The translations under genes were made by a program, and so were the position numbers. A stretch of 64,000 nt of DNA. Source: Felis catus (taxonomy: Eukaryota). This document shows positions 37,876 through 48,869 of this stretch, piece by piece; the first letter of the stretch is position 1; the number at the start of each line of letters is the position of its first letter. The DNA lies in the NCBI RefSeq assembly GCF_018350175.1, contig NC_058368.1, positions 15,440,001 through 15,504,000 of the forward strand, in the 5' to 3' direction. Under the pieces are notes generated by a model. That model was not told the origin of the DNA. It did no database searches and saw nothing but the letters and a program-made list of their open reading frames with translations.

Positions 37876-38214
37876 TTAATGTTACTTGTTTTTTCTCCTT
37901 GACTTCTTTTGGAATGAATTTTTTTTTTTTTAATGACACTTTTTTCTCAGTCACTGTTTGGAAGATATACTTGTACTCTCAATTTCTATTCTCTGAGAGA
38001 TTACTCTTAAAATCTTAAGCTAGATATTTAACTGAAAGTCTAAAACTATTCAATATCCCTATTATTCTCCTAAATATCTTAGATAACTTGTGTTTTGATA
38101 GCTACCCTATCTTATATTTCTTGTTATTTTCCTACTTTAGTTTTATGTTTAACACTCAGTTAATATATTTCTTCATGGTTCTATGTAGTCAATTTTTTTA
38201 TTTTATATATACAT

Positions 38215-38418
38215 ATTTTTCAAAGTTTATTCTTTTATTTTGAGAGAGGGAACATGAGCAGGGGAGGGACAGAAAGAGAGGAGGAGAGAGAATCCCAAGC
38301 AGGCTCTGCATTGTCAGCACAGAGCCTGACAAGAGGCTCAATCCCATGAACCATGAGATCATGACCTGAGCTGAAATCAAGAGTTGGGCGTTTAACTGAC
38401 TGAGCCACCTAGGCACCT
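38215..38418 (-). mobile_element. CanSINE
   Basis: Reverse head, core and tail. Confidence 0.92.
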
Positions 38419-38569
38419 CCTCCTTAAGAAGAATTTTGAAAACCTATGTAACCTTCACATATTTTTTAAGGTAACATCTAAATTTCAAATTTATGTTGAA
38501 ATATGATACACAGTACTTTTTGACACATAATACATTTTGATATATCACTTTTTAGAAAATGTAACTGCC

Positions 38570-38930
38570 AGAGGCCATTGGTAATGTTATAACAGAATAC
38601 TACAGACCAGGCGGCTTATAAACAACAGCATTTATTTCCCACAGTTATGGCAGCCAGGAAGTCCAAGATCAAGGCAGATTTGGTGTTTGATGGGAGCCCA
38701 CTTCCTGGTTCAGAGATGGCCATTTACTTGCTGTGTCCTCACATAAGGGAAGGACAAGGGAACTCTCTGGGGTCTCTTTTATAAGGACACTGATCCCACT
38801 CATTAAGTTCCACCCTCATGACCTAATCACTTCTCAAAGTGATTAGGCCCCACCTTCTAATGTCATTACACTGAGAAATAAATTTCAGCTTATGAATTTT
38901 AAGAGAATGAAAACATTCAGTTTATAGCTG
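38570..38930 (-). mobile_element. MaLR LTR (MLT1A0-like)
   Basis: GGCTTATAAACAACAG..GGAAGTCCAAGATCAAGGCAGATTTGGTGT..CCCTCATGACCTAATCAC..ACATTCAG. Confidence 0.88.
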
Positions 38931-39379
38931 TAAGCAATGAATTTTAATACTATATAAATTTGGTATCTACCATCATTAAAAATACATTTAAAAGCGCTTC
39001 TTAAATTGAAATTTTATCATTTTCCTTCTACGTGAACTTATACTTCCAGTATACTTACTCTCCCTGACAACTGAATTTTATAACATATTTTTGTATTCAC
39101 AAGTTTTTTATTTATCACCTTCACACATTTCTCTGCAACAAACATGTATATAAACTGAAGTTTAATGTAATTTTTGTATTTTCTTTGAGCATAAGGCTCT
39201 GAGTGTTGAAATTTGTCTTCTAGATTAGTTGCCATTATAATTATTATTAATATACAATGAACTAAAACAATTTTCATATATTAAAAACTTATAACCAAAA
39301 CATAAATATATTTTAAAATTTGTTAAGTAACTATTAAACATAAAAACTAACATTTTATTGAAAGTTCTTCTCTTTAAGG

Positions 39380-40450
39380 CAAATGACACTTTTTGCCAAT
39401 TAATTATTTCATCCATAGGTAAATGTTACTTCTTTATAGATTAAGTTATAGGAATATACGCAATTAATTACATTTTTATTTTTCACTGTTATACATATGT
39501 ACTGAGAAACTTTGTTCGCATAACTAAGTAGATAGCAAGGGAAGAATTTTAAAGCAATGCCACTCAACTCCTTGAACTCCTTCTGAGTTGAAAATCAAAA
39601 AATGTCATATAAAGACCTATCATAAGAAACATAATTACCATCTAACAACTCAATTTATTGGAAGGAAAGAATTAGAAATCTCCTAACTTGCAAAGGGATT
39701 TTTTATCTGGTTATTAGAATCACTTCCCCCACCTCAATTTCTGGGAAGTACACCAAAAAAGCTTTGCCAAGACTTATCTGAATATAAATTACATGTGCTA
39801 TTCTTTCACTTAGAGGAATTTTGTTTCATCCAAAATATTCAGGAAGAAATTTAGAAAAGTGAATATTATTAATTTAATTACAACTCTGTCAATACAATAT
39901 GTTTGATAAAATGCTATGTAATCATGCTTTTTTCACTAAACTTCTTATACTTTGAGGTAACTCAAAGTGGATACAACAAGCAGTTGTAAAAAATAATACA
40001 AGTTCTCCTCTGCCCTTTATTTGGTTTCCCCCTCTAATCACATGTTTTTAATATGCTTTCATCAGTACCTCCAAGCTGTAGATTTAGCTCATTCAGTATA
40101 TGGATTGAGTATATCACACAATCCAACTGACAAAGCCAGTACTCAATGTCCAATCAAGCAGCAATATCAGAATTCGTTCCTTTCAGAAAGAAGTTGACTT
40201 CATTTTAAAATAATGCAATGTATGCATTTTTAGGATATTATTAAAATATGAGAAAAAATTGCAGCATGTTTTGTTAGCTAGGTTACTTGCTTCTGCAGAT
40301 AAGATTTAAATGATGTACAATTAATAGAATCATTTCATAATCATCTCCTAATCAGCTATAATAAAAACAAGACAATAACAACATTGTTTCTCAATATTTA
40401 TTTTGTGATGATGCAGTGTAATGAATAGCTGAAATGGTTAAGTTTTTTAT
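39380..40450 (-). mobile_element. Heavily decayed hAT (Charlie/Buster-type) transposase fossil
   Basis: Minus-strand motifs in correct order: NEVNFFL, WLCQL..LNELNLQLGG (40067-40096), YFPEIE, IKNPF, KEFKELSGIALK, ST*LCEQSFS (39500-39532). Confidence 0.8.
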
Positions 40451-41009
40451 GACATGAGAAATGTGATAAAAACACACTTCCCCTACTTTGGTAAGTGAAC
40501 TGTGCACATGAGGTAAGCTTTGTTTTTGATCCTTTTGGAATGTTTAATGGAAAGTTAATATAAAATCAGAAATAATCCTATTAATTTTGTTAGATACAGT
40601 TATCTTAAATATAAATTCAGACCTTTCCTCTGAATTTGTTAAAGTAAAAAAGATACATACTACTAAAATTCCACCAGTCCAGCAGCCAAAATATAGTATT
40701 ATTTTTTGTTAATAGGAGGTAGAAATTATTGAACATTTTATAAGATGAATATTGATAGTAACTGGAACACATATTTCATTATTTGGTAAAAAACTTATTT
40801 TTAACTATCTTATTAGAAAATGCACATGAGCTTTTTTCACCTTAGTTTTTCACCACAGTTTTTTTTTTTTTTCACCACAGTTTTTCACCTTAAATATCTT
40901 GAAGACTCAGTAATCTTAAAAAGCATTCCGCTGAGAATCAACATCATGAACCTATTCTACTTGGGCAGTTCAAAGGTTCTTTTTGTTTTAGAAAATAAAA
41001 AAGTCCCAG

Positions 41010-41560
41010 AAGTGTGGGGAAAGAGTAGCTTTACAAGGGAGAGACCTGACAAACACTACCTGAGCCAGGTGATCAAGGTCAACATCAACGGTGGGAAGTC
41101 ATGTTGATTGTACCTACCCTGGATATGATGTGATGAGAATGGCACTTTATCTCTACAGCCTTCCTCTCCAATCCCTATAATTCCAGTCTAATTATGAGAA
41201 AAACATCAGACAAAATAGCTGACCAGTCTCCTCAAAACTGTCAAGACATCCAAACCAAGAAAGCTGAAGAAACTGTCATAGCCAAGAAATGACTAAGGAG
41301 ACATGATGCTTAAAGGTGATATGGGATCCAGGAACAGAAAAAGAATATTAGATAAAACTAAGAAAATCTGAATAAAATGTGTGTTTTAGTTAATAATACT
41401 GCATCAATATTGGTTCATTAGTTGTAAAAATATACCATAATAATGTAAGATGTTAATAACAGGAGGAACTGGGTATGGGTATATATAAGAACTCTGTACT
41501 ATCTTTGTAATTTTTCTGTAAATCTAAAATTGCTCAAAAATGTAAAAACTTTACTTCTTA
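41010..41560 (+). mobile_element. L1MC/L1MD-type 3'UTR
   Basis: ACCTGACAAACACTACCTGAGCCAGGTGATCAAGGTCAACATCA..GAACTCTGTACTATCTTTGTAATTTTTCTGTAAATCTAAAATT. Confidence 0.85.
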
Positions 41561-42381
41561 AAAAAGTACTAGGGATAAGTATCTTGAATACCTAAGGTAA
41601 AAAAAAAATAAGCATATAAAAAGTATAAGTGTATGTGTTTAATTTTCAGCATTTTTTCCCTGCTTTGCTCTCATATAATTCTCCCTCCAAACTGATAACA
41701 GACCAGAGGTAAAAGTGGCAGAATCATTAAACAAAAATTTTTAATACCACCACCCCATTTCTACCCAATATCTGAATTCAGGACATCCCAACATGGCATA
41801 TTATTTATACTTAATGCTGCTTATAAGACCATGTTTCCCCTTAACCAAAATACACAGAAGACAGAAATCAGGATAATCTTAAGTGTTTTAATTATTTTTT
41901 AACTTCCTCAAAATTAATATTTTGATTTATTATTTTATTTTGTACCCTGAGGTTTTATAGTCCAGTTGAACACACCCTATAGTAAGATTTGGGATCAGTG
42001 AGGTATATGCCTTTCTCATGTGTAGCAGGAGGAGTATTATAAATGCCTGTGAGCTCTCAGGTAGATCAATTTAAGAAAAATAATCGATACAAAGGTTGAT
42101 GGTTTCCTTAAAACTATCTGTGCAGAAGTCTTTCCTTTGGAAAATCTTCCTGTACATTATGGCTACCTAGTTTGAAAACCACTGGAATGGTGAACTGTGG
42201 AATCCCAGATGGATAGAAATGAGGACAAGAGGGTGATTATCACTGGAGAAAAGCAGTAGGGCCACTGGTTTAGAAACCTTGTTGGAGTCGAAGTTGAATT
42301 CCTGGCAAGGTCAAAAAAGAAAAACAAACAGAACAAGAACAAGATGATGACAAACAAAATTTGTTTTAAAAAAAAGAAAGA

Positions 42382-42600
42382 GGGGTGCCTGGGTGGCTCA
42401 GTCGGGTAAGCCTCTGACTCTTGATCTCAGCTCAGGCCATGATGTCACAGTTCATGAGTGTGACCCTGCATTGGGCTCCATGCTGACACTGTGGAGCCTT
42501 CTTGGGATTCTCTCTCTCTTCCTCTCTCTCTGCCCTTCCCCTGCTAATGCACTCACTCTCTCTCTCTCTCTCTCAAAATAAATAAATAAATGTTAAAAAG
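42382..42600 (+). mobile_element. CanSINE
   Basis: Head, core, (CT)n and A tail. Confidence 0.92.
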
Positions 42601-43494
42601 AGACAGAGAAAAAAAGAAAGAGAGGGAAAACAAGAGAAAACTCAAGCCAAGAGTTTCTGCATGCTATTTGGATGGGAGAAAGTACCAGGACCACCAGCAT
42701 GTTCTGGAAGGTCTGTTTTCACAGACATCCTCATGATGACCAAGTCCATTCCTGCTCAAGTCTATCTTGTTCATGACTGTGTACAAGTTCCCAGCACATG
42801 GGAAATACTCAGTAATTATTTGACGACTAATTGAATGGATTTAGGAAGTTTACACTGCAAGGTACTATTCAGGGAAAATTTTCTCTACCTATCTGCCTTG
42901 TCTATCAGTGCTAGAAGTGAAAATAAGATGACCATATTTATAGTTTAACAGCACCATTTTCCGAAACGTATTAATTACATGTACTTTGTATAGAAATATC
43001 TCCTTGAGCTTTTCTAAAAGACATTTTTAACACGTGGAAAAAATAGTTCACTCTGCAATAGTAACCCTATTGGGTCCAGTGCTCTTCCCTCCCCTTTTCC
43101 TGAGGGGCTAATGGAAGTCTCACGCTTTATAATTCTGCACATGAAATACTCTGCTCCTACTTACTGTTCTGAAAACAATCAAGGTACAATTCTGTTTTCT
43201 TCTTTTCTTGACTTTACAGCACATTTGCTCAAGAAGCATATTTTCTCCGGCTACTGATTACTGATTCATTTTCACCTGGACGTCGGGGGAGGAGGTGCCT
43301 GCACACCAGCTCTCCACCTGACAGTCAATGCCATTCACCCACAACACTCTTGATAAGAATTCCTCTGAGTAAAGCCACAAAATAAGGCAAAGGATATAGC
43401 AGATGCGTTTAGCTCAGAAACATTTCAGTAACAATCTTCTTCTATTTTCTTACAGATGATCAACTCTAGAATTGTCAAGCTAGACTGTTGTTTG

Positions 43495-43592
43495 TTTCTT
43501 TTCTTAAGTAGGCTCTCCAGGAAAGGTGGGGCTTGAACTCACCCCAAGATCAAGAGTTGCATGCTTCACCAACCGAGCTAGCCAGGTACCCC
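43495..43592 (-). mobile_element. Short tRNA-derived carnivore SINE
   Basis: Reverse GGGGTACCTGGCTAGCTCGGTTGGTGAAGCATGCAACTCTTGATCTTGGGGTGAGTTCAAGCCCC. Confidence 0.8.
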
Positions 43593-45289
43593 TATACTGC
43601 TGGGTTTTTAACTGTTTTGCCACAAGAGCAAATATATTTTAGTCATGCTGAAGGTTCCTGCCTAAGTAGATGTTCCCAACAGTATTTGAGGGTTACACTG
43701 AGAAACGGATAGCAAAACTCTCTTGCCAGGCACTGGGAATTCCCAGTGCCAGGTATTATGGGGTAGAATTCAGCCTAAATATTTCACACACCTTTAACTC
43801 TTCCCCAACTCAACGCCCCCCCTCCCCCAACTTCTTGCTAATTCCTTCAAAGTTAGCTTTTCTATCTTAATACCTCCAGTTGCCATTTTGCTGTTATGAA
43901 ATTCTAATCCGTGTCAAGGAAAACCCATCTTTGAGAAGTACCTAAGTGCCACATTATGAACTGCAAAGCTCCCACAGAGCAATTTAAAATGATGAATATC
44001 CTTTTCAAACATCCTTTTCAAAATTGCACATGGACTTCAGCCAGTCACAAGACAGAGATGTGGAGGATGCATTAAACTCCCCATCTGTTCTTCACATTGC
44101 TCATCATTGATTTATAACCCACAGTAAGTCATTTGGCCACACAAACAGAGCTGACAGGCAAGTGCAACACCCAGCAGCTGAGGTGCAAACCCTACGAAAA
44201 GATGCATCTGTGGCATTAATATTTTTTTCCTCCCTGCACCCTGATGTGACGCACTGCCATTCCAAATACAATTCTACCCACTATTCTCAGAAATACAAAC
44301 AAACCAACCAACCCTGGGGTACATTTTAGACTTTGAGAAAATAAAGCTCCTCAGGGATAACTTCAGACTTCTGCTTTCATTAAAGCAGCTTCAACACATT
44401 TTCGCTCCCTTCAAACACGGCAGCAAGTGTAAATTTCTTCCTTCCTGTGTCATGTCCTATTAACAGAATCACTGTTTTTGCTTTCTAGACTGTGTACCAT
44501 TCACTGATTAGGTGAGACATAAAGATATTTCCTTTTTCACAAGCCATGAGAGGGCACCGTGTGTTGCAGGAGATAAAACAAAGGCCACAGATTCATGCAA
44601 GTAACTCCAAGGCATAATTCACATTGGTGTGATTTCGGAGCATTATCTCAAAGTAGGCATATGGGATAGCCACCTTCCTCTGACACTTCAAACCGGCCCC
44701 ATCTTCTATAAGAGCTGAAGGGTAACAAAAATTATGCAAGGTTATACTGTGGAACTGACAGAAGGCCGAATGTGAAGTGGGAATGTTTGGTGTTAGTGTT
44801 CACCTTGTTGCACAGCTGCCATTTTGGCCCCACTGACCCTTCACATTGGCAGCCACCAGGATTTTTCCCTTTTGGGAATATTCCATAGCACAGTTCTTCA
44901 GAATGTTCCAGGGACCTCTCACTGACATTTTCTATTATCTTCTCTCCACCCTTCCCTTCCTGTGCCCAACCTTTCTGTTCTATACCTAGCTTCACCCACA
45001 AATATCAGACCCCTAACAGTTCCAATTTAAGAACAAACTCATGTAATATGCTCAGATGCTCATGGCTAACACAGAAATACCTCTGGCTTTTGACTCCCAC
45101 AAGAAACTACAGTACATTTTAAACAGGGGCTTCTAATAAACTATTAATTTTAAGCCTAGAGAAAGGTTCTCCTGCTGGAAATTTCAAGTAAAATAGGAAA
45201 AAAGAAAGTATGTTTTTGGAGAGGAAGGTCAGTGACTTCTAAGATACACTATTTGACTATTGTTTCCTGGGTCCTAGCCATTTCATGCC

Positions 45290-46420
45290 TGTAATCATTG
45301 GAACGCTTTGATCCTAGAGAATAGAATCTTATCCTTGTTACTTCAAGTAAGAAGGGAGTTACTATAAGGATACATATAGCAATAAGAGCAAGTGGAATTT
45401 TAAAGGACCCCAGAAATAGCCAGGGTTAATCAGCTTCACAGAAATAGAAATGTAGTTTGGAAACTGGAAAATAGTTCAGGATCCAAGACAAATCCAAGGA
45501 CTGGGTTAACTTGGGGTCCTCTTGAGAGCAGGGATTCATCTATTCCTTCACCATCATGGGGACTCAGTTCCTCTTGGCTTCTGTTTCCTTGCTGCTCTGA
45601 GCCAACCACCTCTCCTCTGCATGTATGTAGATTTCTGCTAACTCATTACTTTTGCTTATTCATAACTTCTGCTTACTCATAATTTCAGCCTACACACGGT
45701 CCTTGCCATCTCATAGTCCAGGGGTTGTGTCGTTAGCTTCTGTTCTGGATTCCAATTGACCGCCTCTAATATTTGAATGTCCTAGCAGTTTGAATGTCCT
45801 AGCAGGAGAAGTTACCTGAGCCAGTTAATTAGCATTCTTCTTATTGAGGTGGAGCCTTGATACCCAGCTTCAGCCAAAGTATTCTTAGCTAAGAATCAAG
45901 TTGGCTGGTTTAAGCAAAAAAGGAATTTAATGAAAGGATATTGGATCAGAGAAATGCTCAGAGAATGAACACATGAACACAAAAAGAGGGGCTGAGCACC
46001 CAGAATCCCAACCAATCATACCTCCAAATCAGACAAGTGGGAACACTATTGCCATCACTGAACAGTAGGAGCCACAACTCATAACTGACACCTGGGCACT
46101 GAAGACCTGATGTCACTGCTTGTCCCCCTTCCCCTGCTGGCCCTAGGAACTGGATGTTGTTGCATTCACTGCCACAAAGAGCTCTTCTTATCTCAGCTCC
46201 CTTGTACGACCAATTTCCAATTCTATCTCTAAGGAAGGTACATTTGATGGGCCAAGTCTAGGTCACATGCTCTTGCTCTAGCTGCATTAGGGCTTGGGGT
46301 GGAGATGGGAAAAATGAGAATGTGCACATGGCCTTTTTGGCTTCACCAATTAAGCCCATCTCATCTGCTCAGGAACAGAACATGGCTCCTCACTCAGCAG
46401 AGGACTGTGGGTAGGGTGGG
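45290..46420 (-). mobile_element. Nested old MaLR/ERVL LTR fragments
   Basis: TGGCTGGTTTAAGCAAAAAAGGAATTTAATGAAAGGATATTGG, TTGATGGGCCAAGTCTAGGTCACATGC, AGCAGAGGACTGTGGGTAGGG. Confidence 0.5.
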
Positions 46421-46534
46421 CATTTTGATTGGCTGGTCCAAGACAACCTCATAACTGAAAAAGTAAAGGAAATTCTTTCACATGCTCTATTGGCTTGACG
46501 CCCCACACAGCACGCTCAGATTCAATGTAGGTAT

Positions 46535-46665
46535 TTATATGTTTGTCTGCCTGATTGGATCAAAAGCATTTTAGGGCAGAGACTGTCTTCTTTATTTTTA
46601 TCTCCCCAGTGCCTGGGGCACTGCTTGGCATATAGCAGATGCTCCAAAAATGTCTGTTGAATTTA
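46535..46665 (+). mobile_element. L2 3' end
   Basis: AGGGCAGAGACTGTCTT..TATCTCCCCAGTGCCT..CTTGGCATATAGCAGATGCTCCAAAAATGTCTGTTGAAT. Confidence 0.8.
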
Positions 46666-47114
46666 ATAGCACTTAAGGTCCAGGAATTTGTCCATAGTGT
46701 TAGATAACATAAATTTCTCCATGTTTTGGGGAAGACTGTGATTTAAACAAACACACAAACAAAAAAAAACCAAAGGACTTATTGACACAACATGAAAATG
46801 CAAAAGAAGTAAAAATTTTTATGACCTACTCTCTTCTCAGTTACCTCAGTTCCTCTACAGGGCAAAGAGCTCTGAGATTGTGGAACGTGAGAACTGCTTG
46901 AAAGAAGAGAGATTAAGGCATGAGAGAGAGGATAGAGTTTGGGGAGGGAATATCAAAAGGGGGCAGAGATGACGGGATCAAGCAAAGGGGGGCAGAGAAT
47001 TAGTCTAGGGAGTATTGGAAACAGAACACAAGCCTTCCTGGAAGGAAATTCGAGAATGGACAAAGTAATTCTGAATGTTGCCTTGATGACAGCACCAAGA
47101 AGAAAAGACAGAGG

Positions 47115-47350
47115 CAGCATTTTTATGCACTCATTATATGCAAGACAATAGCTAGGAACTGTGTGTGTGTGTGTATGTGTGTGTGTGTGTTTAAGTTTCA
47201 CAACAACCTATGAGAGTGGGTCTGTTATTTCTATTTTATACGTAAGGAAAATAAGACTCAGAGAGGGTGATTGGCTTAATCACACAGATAATAAGTGACA
47301 GCATCAGAATTTAATGATTCTCCATCTGATTCCAAATTCCACTCTTAAAA
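47115..47350 (-). mobile_element. MIR containing a (TG)n
   Basis: CACAACAACCTATGAGAG..ATTTTATACGTAAGGAAAATAAGACTCAGAGAGG..TCTGATTCCAAA. Confidence 0.75.
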
Positions 47351-47970
47351 ACAACAGCAACAATGACAAAACCAATCCATCCATCCCTGAGTAAGACAGA
47401 AAAGGATCAGAGGGACAGTTTGAATGATCATGAATGATCATCCTAAAAGCTAGAATTATGTCTCCAAACTGCCTGCAAACTCCCAGTAACTTGAATGTTG
47501 CCTGACCTACTTTTGAAAACTTTCTATGTAAGCAAATCTGACAATTAACATTTTTGAGATCTTTTATTTATGAAATTAAAAAATAACAAAGACAAAAAGA
47601 AGCTTTACCTCTCATACTGGTTGTTGTTTTGTTTTTGTTTTTTCACAGTTTGTGGTCATTTGCTTCAGTAGCCATAGGCAATTAAGTTCAGGAAATGTCA
47701 AGAAAAGCCATACAGATTATGTATTTATTCCTTACTTCTTTTGTATTGAAACACAATCAGTATATAAAAACCAAAAATTTCTTGGATATTACTATTTATG
47801 ATGAGGTTACGTAAAAAATCTAAGGTAGAACACTGAAGGATATAGATGGATGTGACAAAACTCATGGGAGTGGCATGTGAATGGGTCAAATTTAGAATGC
47901 CAACAGAAGTGTGTTGGGAGAGAATCTGAATCTCTGAATTCAGAGAATCTCTGAATCTGCCCTCTTTTCT

Positions 47971-48197
47971 TTTTTTTTTTTTTAATTTTTTTTTCAACGT
48001 TTATTTATTTTTGGGACGGAGAGAGACAGAGCATGAACGGGGGAGGGGCAGAGAGAGAGGGAGGCACAGAATCGGAAACAGGCTCCAGGCTCCGAGCCAT
48101 CAGCCCAGAGCCCGATGCGGGGCTCGAACTCCCGGACCGCGAGATCGTGACCTGGCTGAAGTCGGACGCTCAACCGACTGCGCCACCCAGGCGCCCC
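47971..48197 (-). mobile_element. Young CanSINE (SINEC_Fc-like)
   Basis: CpG-rich near-consensus copy. TSD TGCCCTCTTTTCT at 47958-47970 and 48199-48211. Confidence 0.97.
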
Positions 48198-48869
48198 ATG
48201 CCCTCTTTTCTATACAGCTCATTGCACTGCCCTGCATTTTACATGATACAAAAGATTCACAGAGAAAAGATGAACACAAACTCACAATTCCCCTGGAGAA
48301 GGAAGAGGGAGCAATAGAGCCTCTGCCCACTTACCAAGGGGGCCTCAGAATCTGTCCCTACCTAGAGAACCAGTGCACATGGGCACAGCCAACATAATCC
48401 CAGGAGAAGGGCACTGGTAAGTAGGAGTAGTTGTGCACGTGTGAATGGTCACCAAGACGTGTGCATCATCCTTCTATACTGATTTGCATGATTCATTTTC
48501 CTAGCCATAGTTGGACCCCGCTCAGGGTGAGTGCAGCAGGACAGGAGGGAGCAGGGACTGGAGGAAAAGGAGCCATACCTTCACAGGGGCTCAGCCCTTC
48601 ACCAGGCAAATGAGTCAGAGCCAACTGGATTGTTGAATTGTCAGAGCAGAAGAGACCACAGACATCTTAAGTGATCAGTTGAAGTAAGTTTTACAGTAAA
48701 AACAAAAAACAAACAAACAAAAAACAGGCATCCAGAGTCTTTAAGTGAAGATCACGAGGCTGCTTGGTAACCGAAGTTCGTCTTGTCATTGAAAGGCTCC
48801 CTCCCTTCCCAGAGTTCTTTTAAGGTCTGTGACCCTCTCTAAGCCAGTTACCCCGTAGGGACTTTTACG

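Larger units (their letters stand above)
36815..38190 (-). mobile_element. Old L1M fragment, interrupted by an LTR and (TG)n
   Basis: TTTGAGAGTTGCTTTGTGGCCTA..AAGAAGAATGTGTATTCT (antisense ORF2 endonuclease region). AT-rich and decayed. Confidence 0.6.

Noticed and set aside
40066..40197. Plus-strand acceptor followed by an open stretch YLQAVDLAHSVYG...
   Set aside because: It is better explained as the antisense of the hAT transposase fossil.
40841..40892. Short repeats of TTTTTCACC(ACAG/TTAG)
   Set aside because: Slippage around a poly-T run. There are no unique spacers, so it is not an array.
43495..43592. tRNA-like sequence
   Set aside because: It is a short tRNA-derived SINE with an A-rich tail, not a functional tRNA gene.
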